DNA of 64,000 nucleotides from an uncultured Verrucomicrobiae bacterium (GCA_963812605.1 CAWEWF010000014.1:96001-160000), one strand, 5' to 3'; positions 10,746-21,512 are shown, numbered from the stretch's first letter. The notes: a model not told the origin generated them from the letters alone. Numbers and translations: made by a program.

Positions 10746-11189
10746 ATGAGATCCAAGACCAATTCCTCGAAGAAAAAGTTCCTTTTGGTTGCCGAGGACG
10801 ACGAGTCGCTTGGCGCGCTCGTTTGCGAGGCGCTGCAAGCCGCGGGGTTCAAGACGCATTGGGTCAAGGATGGCATCGAGGCGCTCAATTACGTCCTGGA
10901 ATCCCGGCCCGATGGCATTGTTTTGGATCTCCTTCTTCCGCGGCTCAGTGGTTTTGAAATCTGCGGCATGGTGCGCAAGAGCCGGGCGGTGCAGTGGACG
11001 CCGATCATCGTGATGTCCGGCCGCGCCGAGCACTGCGACAAGATGCAAGCCTTCGAACTCGGCGCCGACGACTATGTGATCAAGCCGTTCCGCGTCGAGG
11101 AACTGGTCGTGCGCATTGATGCCGTGCTCCATCGCAACGCCGAGCGGGCCTACCCGACGCCATTCCTCACGTCGTCCTACAACGCCTAG
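10746..11189 (+). CDS. Single-domain response regulator (OmpR-like receiver)
   Basis: LLVAEDD, IVLDLLLP, GADDYVIKPF; no output domain. Confidence 0.85.
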   Translation: MRSKTNSSKKKFLLVAEDDESLGALVCEALQAAGFKTHWVKDGIEALNYVLESRPDGIVLDLLLPRLSGFEICGMVRKSRAVQWTPIIVMSGRAEHCDKMQAFELGADDYVIKPFRVEELVVRIDAVLHRNAERAYPTPFLTSSYNA

Positions 11190-11295
11190 TACTCCGCGCG
11201 AGATCTTCACTCGGCCGAATGTCAAAGACCGGCTGTGCTCCCATTATTTCCTTGAGGGAAGGCCGCCGGAACAGGTAGTGAGTGGACACCGCGCG

Positions 11296-12887
11296 ATGAA
11301 CCAGATACACAACCCAATCCTCCGGGGTTTTACCCGGATCCGTCATTTCTCCGGGTCGGCGACGATTATTACATCGCCAACAGCACCTTCGAATGGTTTC
11401 CCGGCGTGCCGATTCACCATTCCAAAGACCTCGTCAACTGGCGGCTGATCGGCCACGCGCTGACCCGCCGTTCCCAACTGAATCTCGTGGGCATCGGCGA
11501 TTCCGCCGGCATCTGGGCGCCGTCGCTGAGCCATTGCGAGGGGCAATTCTGGCTCATCTACACCATCGTCCGGACGCGCGTCGGCAACTTTAAGGACGTG
11601 CATAATTACCTCGTCACAGCGCCGGACATTCTCGGGCCGTGGTCGGACCCGATCTATCTCAACTCCAGCGGATTTGACCCGTCGCTCTTTCATGATGACG
11701 ATGGGCGCAAGTGGTTGGTGAATATGCTTTGGGACTTTCGCAAAGACCGTTCACGGTTTGCCGGTATTGTGCTTCAAGAGTACGATCCGCAAGCGAGGAA
11801 ACTTGTGGGTCCGATCCGAAACATTCTTGCCAAAAAAGTGCTTACCGAAGGTCCCAATCTCTACAAGCACGACGGTTATTATTATCTGATGCTCGCCGAG
11901 GGCGGCACCGGCTGGAGCCACGGGATTTCGATGGCGCGCGCCAAATCCATCACGGGTCCGTATGAACTCGATCCCCAAGAATCGATCCTGACGGCGCGCG
12001 ATGATGAATCCATCGAACTGCAGAAGGCCGGCCACGGGGAATTGGTTGAGACGCCGTCGGGCGAATGGTATTTGGCCCACCTCTGCAGCCGCCCCGTCGG
12101 CAAGGAACGCCGGTGCATCCTGGGACGTGAAACAGCCATTCAACGGGTCGCGTGGTTGGCTGACGGATGGTTGCGCCTGGCTGCCGGTGGCACACGACCG
12201 CAGATTGAAGTCCCCGCGCCAAAGGACGTGGCGCTCCATCCCTGGCCGGCGGATCCAGACCGGGATGATTTTGATTCGGCGAAACTCAGCCCGTCGTGGA
12301 GTTCACTGCGCGTTCCGGTGGAGGAAAGCTGGTTGACGCTTACAGAGCGCCCGGGCTGGCTGCGGCTGCGGGGAAGGGAAAGCCAACATTCCTTTTTCGA
12401 GCAAAGCCTGGTTGCCAAACGCTTGACAACCCTCCGTTGCACAGTGGAGACGTGCGTTGAATTTAGCCCCACACATTTCACACAGATGGCCGGGCTGATC
12501 TGCTGGTATGACACACGGACGCATTACTACCTGCGAATCACACATGAGGAATCGCACGGCAAAGTCCTCGGGATCGTCCTGACGGATGACGGCAAGTATG
12601 ATGAATTGACCGACAGCCAGATTGGCATCGCAGATTGGAAGCAGTGTTATCTTCGCGCCAACATCGACTGCGAGCGCCTCCAGTTTTTCGCTTCGGCAGA
12701 TGGGCGGCAATGGCAACCCATCGGCCCCAGCCTCGATGCCACGAAGCTCGCGGACGATTATGGCCAGGGTCTCCACTTTACCGGCGCCTTCGTCGGCCTA
12801 TGCGCGCAGGACCTGGGCGGAACGCGTGTCGTCGCGGACTTCGACTATTTCTCGGTCACAGTGAATGGTACGCTCGGAGGGATTTGA
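11296..12887 (+). CDS. GH43 beta-xylosidase/arabinofuranosidase; frameshift near 11330
   Basis: NPILRGF..PDPS..RVGDDYYIANSTFEWFPG, GIWAP, GFDPSLF, EGPNLYK, C-terminal FTGAFVG...ADFDYF. Confidence 0.92.
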
Positions 12888-12942
12888 ACCCCCAACCCTC
12901 GGTTCCGAAGACCGATGCTCTATCCAGTTGAGCTACGAGCGC
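12866..12942 (-). tRNA. tRNA-Arg(TCG)
   Basis: GCGCTCGTAGCTCAACTGGATAGAGCA-TCGGT CT TCG GA ACCGA-GGGTTGGGGGTTCAAATCCCTCCGAGCGTACCA. Confidence 0.96.
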
Positions 12943-12951
12943 AAAAAAAGA

Positions 12952-13029
12952 TGGGGTGACCGACGGGATTTGAACCCGCGACAGCCAGATCCACAATCTG
13001 GAGCTCTACCAGGCTGAGCTACGGCCACC
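12952..13029 (-). tRNA. tRNA-His(GTG)
   Basis: G-1 plus GTGGCCGTAGCTCAG...CCAGA TT GTG GA TCTGG...GTTCAAATCCCGTCGGTCACCCCA. Confidence 0.96.
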
Positions 13030-13134
13030 ATCTCAAAGTGTTGCGTTGCTTGGAGCGGCGCGAATTTAGCATTGCGGCGCTCTGGGGGTCAAGTTATCGT
13101 GCGGAAACTCCGTGGAGGAGCCATCCGGGCCGTG

Positions 13135-14253
13135 ATGAAAAAGATCGCGCTTCTTATCCTGACCCTCGTGCTCGCGCAGGGCGCGCTGGGACAGGTCGAT
13201 ACCGAATCCCGACGGACACTGATTCTGCAGACAAGTCTTTCTCTTCGCGGCGAGGAACAACCGAATGCGTTCGGGTACTATTGGTTCAACCAGGACAACT
13301 ATCCATGGACGAACACGGCGCTACGGGTGATCTTCGCGGGAGTTTTCGGGGATGCCGAGCTAAGTTATTTCCTGCCGGGCAACACCAATATCGCCATCGG
13401 CGCGGGTTTGGGCGGCGGATTGTATATCAACAGCATTACGCCCTATCGCGACGGCGAACGCCTGACGCGCCAGCAGTTCTACGGCGACGTGATCACGGCG
13501 CGCGTGTTTATCAACGACTCGATCCCCAATTCGACGCCGTTGCCCCTGAATTTGCGCGCCACGTACGGCGTCACCGGCGCGTTCTATCGCAAGACTGATA
13601 CCACCAGCGGCTTCACGATCCCCAATGACTTTTACGAGCAGTCGCTGACCGCTGAGTTCCGCTTTGGCGGCATCGAGCCGGGGCTTAGTGCCCGGCGCGG
13701 CGTGGAAATTTACGTGGCCGCCGATACAGACTACCGCAGTGGTTTCGATGCCTTCGGGCCGGATGGCTCGTTACTGCCGGCCCACACGCAGTACGACCGG
13801 GTTTACGGTTCACTTTCCGCGAAGATCCCCGTGCAGCAAACGACGTTCTACGCGCGCGTTGGCGGCGGATTGGGCGAGAAACTGGACGAACTCAGTTCGT
13901 ACAAGATTGGCGGAAACCTTCTCGGCGTCGAGCCATTCACGGAGACGGTGCACGGCTATTATGTGCGCGAGTTTTTCGCGTCCGATTTTGGGATTGCCAA
14001 TCTTGAAGTCAATCAACAGCTCACGGAGGAGCATGCCGTGATCGTCCATCTTTACGGAGATTGGGCGGTGGTGAAACCGGTGCCGCCCGACCCGCCGGAT
14101 TGGGACAACATCTTCGGTATCGGCACGGGTCTGAGCTTTCGGGCAATCAGGAACATCGATTGGTTGATCAGTTACGGCTATGGCATCAACGCCATTCGCG
14201 ACGGTACCCGGGGTGCCCACGAGATTGGCCTGGCGCTGCAAAAACAATTCTGA
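13135..14253 (+). CDS. Probable outer-membrane beta-barrel protein
   Basis: Signal peptide MKKIALLILTLVLAQGALG; amphipathic Gly/aromatic strands; C-terminal Phe (LALQKQF). Confidence 0.7.
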   Translation: MKKIALLILTLVLAQGALGQVDTESRRTLILQTSLSLRGEEQPNAFGYYWFNQDNYPWTNTALRVIFAGVFGDAELSYFLPGNTNIAIGAGLGGGLYINSITPYRDGERLTRQQFYGDVITARVFINDSIPNSTPLPLNLRATYGVTGAFYRKTDTTSGFTIPNDFYEQSLTAEFRFGGIEPGLSARRGVEIYVAADTDYRSGFDAFGPDGSLLPAHTQYDRVYGSLSAKIPVQQTTFYARVGGGLGEKLDELSSYKIGGNLLGVEPFTETVHGYYVREFFASDFGIANLEVNQQLTEEHAVIVHLYGDWAVVKPVPPDPPDWDNIFGIGTGLSFRAIRNIDWLISYGYGINAIRDGTRGAHEIGLALQKQF

Positions 14254-14308
14254 AGCCGACCGCCAAACTTCGGATTTACACGCCTCCTCGACGCGGTATA
14301 CTGCGCTG

Positions 14309-16072
14309 GTGAACCGCATTCGTCTTCTTCCCGAGCAGGTTGCCAATCAGATCGCCGCGGGCGAAGTGGTCGAGCGGCCCGCCTCGGTCGTGAAGGAGTT
14401 GGTGGAAAACTCGCTCGACGCGGAGGCCCGGCGCATCACGGTCACCATCAAGAACGGCGGGCGCTCGCTCATCAATGTTGCCGATGACGGCTTCGGCATG
14501 GGCCGGGACGACGCGCTGCTGGCGCTGGAACCGCACGCGACCAGCAAGATTTCCAAGGCGGAAGACCTGCACAGCATCACATCACTCGGGTTTCGTGGCG
14601 AGGCCATTCCGAGCATCGCGGCGGTTTCACGGTTCACACTCACGAGCCGCGAGCGTGGTACCTTGAGCGGCACGCAGATCGAGATCGCGGGCGGAAAAAT
14701 CCTTTCCGTGTCCGATGTGGGGGCGGCGGAAGGAACGGTGGTGGAGGTCCGCAACCTCTTTTTCAATCTGCCCGCGCGCCGCAAGTTCCTGCGTTCGATA
14801 CCCACCGAGACGGCGCACATCGAGCACATCGTTACGCTGTGCGCGCTGGCGCATTCCCAGGTGGCGTTCCGGCTGGTCGTCGATGGTCGCGAAGTCTTCA
14901 ATCTCGCGCCGACGAAGGACCTGCTCGGTCGCCTGCGCGAATTCCATGGCGCACGGCTTGCCGAGGAACTGCTCGCGGTCGACCTGGCGCGCGGTGATGT
15001 ACGGGTCACGGGATTCATCGGCAAACCCGGCGTCAGCCGCGCCGATCGTCGTCAACAACATCTCTTCGTCAATCACCGGCCCGTCGAGAGCAAGGGCATC
15101 AACTACGCGCTGCTGGAGGGATATCACACAGCGCTGATGAGAGGAAAATTCCCCGTGACGTTCCTCTTTCTCGAGATCGACCCGGAGGTGGTCGATGTGA
15201 ACATTCATCCGGCCAAGCGCGAAGTGCGCTTCCGCGATGAGTTCGTCGTGCGCCAATGCGTGATCGATGCCGTGCGCGCCGCGCTGGAGCCGGAGGTTGC
15301 GGGTTTGCGCCCGGTTCAAAGCGAAGGCTGGCCAAAAGCCGAGCCGCGGGCTTTTGCAGCGTCAGCGCCTCCGCCCCTGGTTCTGCGAGCGGCGAGCGAC
15401 CTGACAAGTCATTCTCAACAACAACCGACGATGCCTTTGCCCCTGGAGGGCGAGGCTCCTGCCGAGCCATCCACCCAGGTCCGCACCGAGGAAGGTTTGT
15501 GGCGGATCCTCGGCGTAATCGGGCAGCTATACGTTTTGGTCGAATCGCCGGAGGGCCTGGTGTTGATGGACCAACACGCGGCGCATGAGCGCGTGCTCTT
15601 CGAGAAAATGCTCCGGGAATTGGAAACCGATTCCGCGCCGGCCCAGAAGCTTTTGCTGCCGCTCACACTCGAATTGGATGCGCGGGACGCGGCGTTCCTT
15701 CACGCGAACCAAAAAACGCTGCATAAGCTGGGCATTGGCGTGAGTGAGTTTGGCGAGAAGACTTTTCTGATCGATGCTTTACCGCCGTATTTCCCCACCG
15801 CCAACCTCGCGCAGACGTTCCGCAACATCATTGACGAACTGCGGCAAACGGGTGAAGAGGTGCACGTACGGCGGTTGAGCGAAGACCGCATTGCCACCAC
15901 CGTCTGCCGTCACGCCGTGAAGGCGCATGACCCGTTGCGCGGTGAGGAACTGCGCGCGTTGCTGCAACAACTTCACCAGTGCGAATTACCCTACACCTGT
16001 CCGCACGGTCGTCCGACCATGATCCAGATGTCGTACGCCGAGTTGGAGAAGAAGTTCGGAAGGAAAGCGTGA
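14309..16072 (+). CDS. mutL: DNA mismatch repair protein MutL
   Basis: NQIAAGEVVERPASVVKELVENSLDA, GFRGEA, DQHAAHER, CPHGRP. Confidence 0.98.
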   Translation: MNRIRLLPEQVANQIAAGEVVERPASVVKELVENSLDAEARRITVTIKNGGRSLINVADDGFGMGRDDALLALEPHATSKISKAEDLHSITSLGFRGEAIPSIAAVSRFTLTSRERGTLSGTQIEIAGGKILSVSDVGAAEGTVVEVRNLFFNLPARRKFLRSIPTETAHIEHIVTLCALAHSQVAFRLVVDGREVFNLAPTKDLLGRLREFHGARLAEELLAVDLARGDVRVTGFIGKPGVSRADRRQQHLFVNHRPVESKGINYALLEGYHTALMRGKFPVTFLFLEIDPEVVDVNIHPAKREVRFRDEFVVRQCVIDAVRAALEPEVAGLRPVQSEGWPKAEPRAFAASAPPPLVLRAASDLTSHSQQQPTMPLPLEGEAPAEPSTQVRTEEGLWRILGVIGQLYVLVESPEGLVLMDQHAAHERVLFEKMLRELETDSAPAQKLLLPLTLELDARDAAFLHANQKTLHKLGIGVSEFGEKTFLIDALPPYFPTANLAQTFRNIIDELRQTGEEVHVRRLSEDRIATTVCRHAVKAHDPLRGEELRALLQQLHQCELPYTCPHGRPTMIQMSYAELEKKFGRKA

Positions 16073-16605
16073 GTGCCAACTGTCCCCGTTGCACGAAGCC
16101 ACTCAAGGAACAACAGCTTGACGCGCTGTCGTTTCGTTGTTGTCGCGACTGCAAGGGGATGTTGTTGTTGCATCGCGATTTGATCGATGTGTTGGAGAAA
16201 AGCTGGCACACGGTATCGTGCGAGACGGCGGAGACAATGGCTTTTCGCGCGGCGGAGGGTTGGCAGGATGAGCCGAAGTTCCTTTGCCCCGATTGCCACC
16301 AGGCAATGGAAAAGTACGGTTACATGGGTATTGGCGCGATCCAGATTGACCGTTGCGATCCTTGCGCGCTGATGTGGCTGGACGCGGATGAATTGCAAAA
16401 CATGGTCCTGGCACTGGCGAAAACGAATTACCGCGCCGAAACGGCGTGGCAGGAATCCAAGGAACGCGATTGGGACATTATCACCCCGGTTGATTTGTCG
16501 GATCCCGGCGTCAGAGCGACGGGCGGTGGTCCGTGGTGGTTATACGGGGCGGGCGATTACCAGTTGGGGCCGGCCTTCTCGCTCCTCAGTTTGCTTTTTC
16601 GCTAG
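16069..16605 (+). CDS. Double zinc-ribbon (zf-TFIIB-like) protein
   Basis: CPRC...CRDCKG and CPDC...IQIDRCDPCALMWLDADEL; GTGA overlap with mutL stop. Confidence 0.75.
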   Translation: MSANCPRCTKPLKEQQLDALSFRCCRDCKGMLLLHRDLIDVLEKSWHTVSCETAETMAFRAAEGWQDEPKFLCPDCHQAMEKYGYMGIGAIQIDRCDPCALMWLDADELQNMVLALAKTNYRAETAWQESKERDWDIITPVDLSDPGVRATGGGPWWLYGAGDYQLGPAFSLLSLLFR

Positions 16606-16631
16606 GGTTCTGCTAGCCTGCAGCCAAGCTT

Positions 16632-18515
16632 ATGGTCAGGACACCACGGGTGGTCGTCTTTTTACCGGGACTATTGATGTACGGTGTCCTCGTCTTTGCG
16701 GGGCCTGCCGATGTTCCCGTTACGTTTCAAATTAACACGAACACCACCGTTGGAGAGAGCATGTTTGTGTTGGGCAGCATTCCCCAGTTGTCCAGTTGGA
16801 ATCAGGTCAACGCAATCAAGCTGGTGCCCTCCAGTTGCATCGGCTCCGTGTGCACGTGGACCGCGAGCGTCGGCATCCTGCAAGGTACGAGCTACGAATA
16901 TAAGTTCGTGAGCCGTAACGATTGCGCGACCTGCTACAGCGACGCCAGTAACGTTGCGTACGAGCCGCCCTTCAATATCAACCGCACCGGCGCCACAGCC
17001 AGCGAGCCACCTTCGCCATGGAACGGGAAGACGATTTTTTATTTGTCAGGTTGGTCAAGCGTTTCACTGCTGTACTCGAATACCACGACGGGCTCCTTTG
17101 CCATCCTGCCGATGCAGGCTGTCGGCCCCGGTCGCGGCGGCGCCGAGAAACTCTGGCGCGCGGACGGCGTCAACCATGCGGGCGAAACGAATCTGGTCTT
17201 CGTGTTCACCGACAACCAGGGCCACTATGACAATCCTGACGGAGTGGGCGGGCGCAATTACGAGACACCGCTGGATGCCGCCGTTGTCCAAGACGGACAG
17301 GTGTACAACTACTGGCCGCCGCCGTCTGTTTCAACCAACCGCGTGGTCTCGTTCGCCATCACGCCAACCAACGGGCTTCCGCAGCGGACGATTCGCGTAT
17401 ACTTGCCGCGTGGCTTCAACGAGAACGCAACGAAGAGCTATCCGGTGTTGTACATGCACGATGGCCAGAACCTGTTTTTGGGAATGGCGGGGTTGAGCGG
17501 CTACAGTTGGGGAGCGGACACGAATGCCGCAAACCTGATTCGTTTCGGCAAGATGCGCGAGATCATCATCGTGGGCGTGGCCAGCGACACGGGCAACCGT
17601 TTTTGTGAATACGCTCCGCCCGGTTGCCCGTACAGCGAGTGCAGTCAGCCCTCCGGCGACCAATACGCCTCCTTTCTGGCGGATCAGCTCAAGCCTTACA
17701 TCGACAACACATACAGCATCACGACCGGCAGGACATTAACCGATGCTGATGACACGGGGATTCTCGGTTCCTCGTTGGGGGGATTAATCTCGGCGTACAT
17801 CGGTTGGCAACGATCGGGCACGTATCACAGGATTGGAGCCATGTCGTCGTCATTCGATATTTGTTCTCCCATCCCCGCACCGGATACGAAACGGCCAATC
17901 CGCATTTACCTGGACAGCGGGAACATGGATGCGCAGGGCTCCATTGGCAGTAGCGATGATCTATTGAGTACGGTCGGTGAGCGTGACAACTTGGTCAATA
18001 ATGGATACGTCTTCAACATTGATCTTGATCACATGATCGGCTATGGCCATTGGCACAGCGAGCAATGGTGGGCGGTGCGCTTGCCACGCTGCTTCACCTT
18101 CTTGTTCCCGACCAGCGACGAGGCCAATACGGTCCTGGATGCCGCTACGCCGCCGCGGATCACGAATCTCCAACTCACCGGGCCGAGCAACATCGTGACC
18201 TGGACGAGTTACCGACTGCGAACGTACGCGGTACAAGGTGTCACAAACGAGCAGTATTCGAGTTCGATGACGTGGAGCGATCTGTTCGTCACACCCTTGC
18301 CAGAGCCGCTGCTGTGGAATTATCCAAGTGTCGGTGTCAGCAATACGTTTCATTTCCTTCGTGTACGTGAATCCGACCGTCCCCCTTTGGCCGAATTGAC
18401 CCGGCCTGGCGTCAGGGTCAAGTTAGCGTCCCAGGACTTTGCGGGCTTCGCGGACATCGGCAGTAATCTGCGCTTTCAATGTTTCCGCCGACGTGAACTT
18501 CTGTTCGTCGCGTAA
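16632..18515 (+). CDS. Secreted alpha/beta hydrolase (esterase) with N-terminal CBM20 starch-binding domain; true 3' end probably near 18380-18400
   Basis: VTFQINTNTTVGESMFVLGSIPQLSSWN...YEYKFV (CBM20); YPVLYMHDGQNLF, GSSLGG nucleophile; read-through overlaps ribF. Confidence 0.8.
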   Translation: MVRTPRVVVFLPGLLMYGVLVFAGPADVPVTFQINTNTTVGESMFVLGSIPQLSSWNQVNAIKLVPSSCIGSVCTWTASVGILQGTSYEYKFVSRNDCATCYSDASNVAYEPPFNINRTGATASEPPSPWNGKTIFYLSGWSSVSLLYSNTTTGSFAILPMQAVGPGRGGAEKLWRADGVNHAGETNLVFVFTDNQGHYDNPDGVGGRNYETPLDAAVVQDGQVYNYWPPPSVSTNRVVSFAITPTNGLPQRTIRVYLPRGFNENATKSYPVLYMHDGQNLFLGMAGLSGYSWGADTNAANLIRFGKMREIIIVGVASDTGNRFCEYAPPGCPYSECSQPSGDQYASFLADQLKPYIDNTYSITTGRTLTDADDTGILGSSLGGLISAYIGWQRSGTYHRIGAMSSSFDICSPIPAPDTKRPIRIYLDSGNMDAQGSIGSSDDLLSTVGERDNLVNNGYVFNIDLDHMIGYGHWHSEQWWAVRLPRCFTFLFPTSDEANTVLDAATPPRITNLQLTGPSNIVTWTSYRLRTYAVQGVTNEQYSSSMTWSDLFVTPLPEPLLWNYPSVGVSNTFHFLRVRESDRPPLAELTRPGVRVKLASQDFAGFADIGSNLRFQCFRRRELLFVA

Positions 18516-19355
18516 TTTCGACAGAAAGAGAACCTCGACCTTCTGGCCGTAGAGTTCCCGCGTGAAATCGAGAATATGCACTTCCAACACCCGGGGCGAT
18601 TGCGCACCCGCGAAAGTAGGGCGCACGCCAATGTTGACCACGCCACCAAACTGTTCCGAACCGATGATGACGCGCACGGCATAGACGCCATCGGGCGGGA
18701 GAACCTCGTCATGGGGATTCAGGTTCGCGGTTGGGAAGCCCAATTCGCGTCCGCGTTGGTTGCCTGCTTCGACGGTGCCGAGAATCGAGAACGTTCGTCC
18801 CAACATCGCGGCAGCGCGTTCGAGTTGGCCCTGCAATACATGCTGTCGAATCGCCGTCGAACTGATCATCTCTTCGCCCAGCATCACCGATTTGATTTCC
18901 CTGGCAACGAAGCCGTATTGTGGTGCAAGCGCCTCCATCAATCGCACATCACCCGCGCGATCGTGGCCGAAGCGGAAGCGGGTGCCGACGCAAATCTCCT
19001 GCAGTTGATTTGTCTGGCGCGCGACCATCTTGATGAATTGTTCCGGCGGCGTGAGCGAGAACGGTTTGTCGAACGTGAGCAACAGGCAGGCGTCCACGCC
19101 GAGTTTGTCAATGAGCGCCAGCTTATGCTCGGTGGAAGTCAGCAGCAGGGGGGCCTTGTCGGGCTGCAGAACCCGCAGCGGGTGCGGGTCAAAGGTTAAC
19201 ACCACCGCGGCGCCGTCCGCCGCTCGCGCGTCATCGCGCGCCTGTCCCATTACGCGCTGGTGGCCCAGATGAACGCCATCGAACACGCCAATGGCCAGGC
19301 ACACCCTTTGGGAGTGCTTCGCCAGTTCTTCGAATGTGCGAAAAACCTGCATCAC
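18423..19355 (-). CDS. ribF: Bifunctional riboflavin kinase/FAD synthetase
   Basis: GVFDGVHLGH, ISSTAIR, GRELGFPTAN, NIGVRPTF. Confidence 0.97.
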   Translation of the reverse strand: MMQVFRTFEELAKHSQRVCLAIGVFDGVHLGHQRVMGQARDDARAADGAAVVLTFDPHPLRVLQPDKAPLLLTSTEHKLALIDKLGVDACLLLTFDKPFSLTPPEQFIKMVARQTNQLQEICVGTRFRFGHDRAGDVRLMEALAPQYGFVAREIKSVMLGEEMISSTAIRQHVLQGQLERAAAMLGRTFSILGTVEAGNQRGRELGFPTANLNPHDEVLPPDGVYAVRVIIGSEQFGGVVNIGVRPTFAGAQSPRVLEVHILDFTRELYGQKVEVLFLSKLRDEQKFTSAETLKAQITADVREARKVLGR

Positions 19356-20077
19356 GCAGCATTGGTGCCGACAAACTTCAGGATGGGAATGATGAGCGAT
19401 TTCAATTCTTCACGTGTTTGTGCCAGGACCACCGGGAGCTGGTGGGCGTCGTTTACATCGAATTTTCCGGACCGCGTGCGCCGCAACTCGTGAAGGTGCG
19501 CGCCGCAGCCAAGCAGATCGCCAATGTCCGAACAGATCGTGCGCACATACGTACCCTTGGTGCAGGCCACGCGAAACGTGATACGCGGCAGTTCGATCCC
19601 CATCACGCGAAGATCATAGATGTGAATGTGCCGCGGTTCGCGTTCGACCGTCTTGCCTTTGCGCGCAAGTTTATAGAGCGGCGTGCCCTGATGTTTGACC
19701 GCGCTGACCATCGGCGGAATCTGTTGGATGTCACCGCGGAATTTGGCCAGGACCTCTTCAATATCTTCCGCAGTGAGCGCCGGCACCGGTTTCTCAGCGA
19801 TGATCTCGCCGTCCGCATCCTGCGAATCCGTCGAGACACCGAGGATCATGGCGCCTTCGTACGCCTTGTCATCGGACATCAACCGATCCTGTAGTTTGGT
19901 CGCGCGCTCCAGGACAAGAATCAACAAACCTGTTGCGGCCGGGTCCAGCGTGCCGCAGTGGCCCACCTTCTTGAAGCCGAAGTGACGGCGCACGCGGTCC
20001 ACGACATCGTGCGACGTCATGCCCGCGGGCTTGTCGATCAATAAGACGCCGTCAAATGGTGAAAGCTGCGCTTGCAT
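19352..20077 (-). CDS. truB: tRNA pseudouridine(55) synthase
   Basis: DKPAGMTSHDVV, KVGHCGTLDPAATG, KGTYVR. Confidence 0.97.
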   Translation of the reverse strand: MQAQLSPFDGVLLIDKPAGMTSHDVVDRVRRHFGFKKVGHCGTLDPAATGLLILVLERATKLQDRLMSDDKAYEGAMILGVSTDSQDADGEIIAEKPVPALTAEDIEEVLAKFRGDIQQIPPMVSAVKHQGTPLYKLARKGKTVEREPRHIHIYDLRVMGIELPRITFRVACTKGTYVRTICSDIGDLLGCGAHLHELRRTRSGKFDVNDAHQLPVVLAQTREELKSLIIPILKFVGTNAA

Positions 20078-20090
20078 GGGGCCCGGAAGC

Positions 20091-21074
20091 TTACAGTACT
20101 GCCGCAGCCAGCGCTTCGCTCACGGCTGCGAGCACTTTGTGCTCGATCTCGTGTGGTTCGCCCGAAAGGCGCGCGCCAGCAGCTTCGCGATGACCGCCAC
20201 CGCCGAAGCGACGGGCGATGGAATTCACGTCGACCTTCTGGTGTTTCGAGCGCAGGCTGATACGGACCTTGCCCGGCTCGGCCAATTCTTCGAAGAGCAG
20301 CGCCACGACGACGCCTTCAATCGCGCGAGCATAGTCAATCAGCCCTTCCGTGTCTTCGCGCTTGGCGCCGGACTCCTCGAACATCTCGACCGTGACCCAC
20401 GTGTAGGCAATGCGCTTCTGGTCGGTCAACTGGAGCTGCGCGAGCGCCTTTTGGAGCAACATCAGTCGCGCATACGGATAACTCTCGTAGACCTGGCGGC
20501 AAATCTCGCCGACGTTAATTCCGGTGTCCACCAGTTTGGCGGCGACCCGGAGCGACTCGGAGGTTGTGCCGGCGTAACTGAAAGAGCCGGTATCCGTCGA
20601 AATGGCTGCGAACAGGCAGGTCGCGATTTCCTTGGTCAGTTTGAAACCGCCGCGATGGATCAGGTCGTAGGCAATTTGTCCCGCCGCAGGAGCTTCGGGC
20701 ACAATCCAGTTGATTTCGGCGAACTTTTCGTTGCTGACGTGATGGTCAATATTGATGAAGTGCTTCTTGCTGCGAATCCGTTGTGCCGCGGAGCCGACCC
20801 GCTGCCAGGTGGAGGTGTCGATGGCGATGACGACATCAAAATCCTTTGGGTCGGCGGGTGGGCGGGAGATCAAATTGGCCTGCGGCAGAAAACGGAATTT
20901 CGCGGGAACTTCATCGTCATTCCAGGCCTCGACCGTCTTGCCAAGATCCTGGAGCAGCAGCACGAGCGCCAACTGCGAGCCGATCGCGTCGCCGTCGGGG
21001 CGGTAGTGCGTGAGCACCAGGAATGTGGACTGGCTTCGCAGCAACTCGCTGATTTGCTGGACAGGATCACTCAT
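20091..21074 (-). CDS. nrnA: DHH-family oligoribonuclease/PAP phosphatase
   Basis: HYRPDGDAIGS, IDHH, TDTGSF, FGGGGHREAAG. Confidence 0.93.
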   Translation of the reverse strand: MSDPVQQISELLRSQSTFLVLTHYRPDGDAIGSQLALVLLLQDLGKTVEAWNDDEVPAKFRFLPQANLISRPPADPKDFDVVIAIDTSTWQRVGSAAQRIRSKKHFINIDHHVSNEKFAEINWIVPEAPAAGQIAYDLIHRGGFKLTKEIATCLFAAISTDTGSFSYAGTTSESLRVAAKLVDTGINVGEICRQVYESYPYARLMLLQKALAQLQLTDQKRIAYTWVTVEMFEESGAKREDTEGLIDYARAIEGVVVALLFEELAEPGKVRISLRSKHQKVDVNSIARRFGGGGHREAAGARLSGEPHEIEHKVLAAVSEALAAAVL

Positions 21075-21420
21075 CGGCCGGTTCGCCCCCGAGTTCGTCG
21101 AGCAAATGCTCGATGTGAGTGGCGTGCGCCTCGGTTTCGTCGAGAAAGAACTTCAGCCGCGGTGTGTATTTGAGGACGATGCGGTGCGCCAGCTCGTGCT
21201 GGATGTGGCCATGTCGGCGATCGAGCGTGTCGAGGGCGCGCTGCTTCTGTTCGGCCGAACCGATCACGCTCAGGTAGATCCGCCCGTCCTTGAGGTCGGG
21301 GCTGATCTTGGCGGAGGTGATCGTGACGAAACCGCAATCGGTCAGGTTCAACTCCAGCACGATCTGACTGACCTCGCGCTTGACCAATTCAGAGACTCGT
21401 TCAATTCGGTGGTTGCTCAT
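21067..21420 (-). CDS. rbfA: Ribosome-binding factor A
   Basis: MSNHRIERVSELVKRE...ISPDLK...LKYTPRLKFFLD. Confidence 0.95.
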   Translation of the reverse strand: MSNHRIERVSELVKREVSQIVLELNLTDCGFVTITSAKISPDLKDGRIYLSVIGSAEQKQRALDTLDRRHGHIQHELAHRIVLKYTPRLKFFLDETEAHATHIEHLLDELGGEPADE

Positions 21421-21512
21421 GGTAATGTTGGCCCAAGAAAAGGGAAGAGCGGGCGACAGGACCTGGATCATTCCGTGTTTCGTCCTCCGCGTTGGGCGGT
21501 TGAGTTTTGGGT

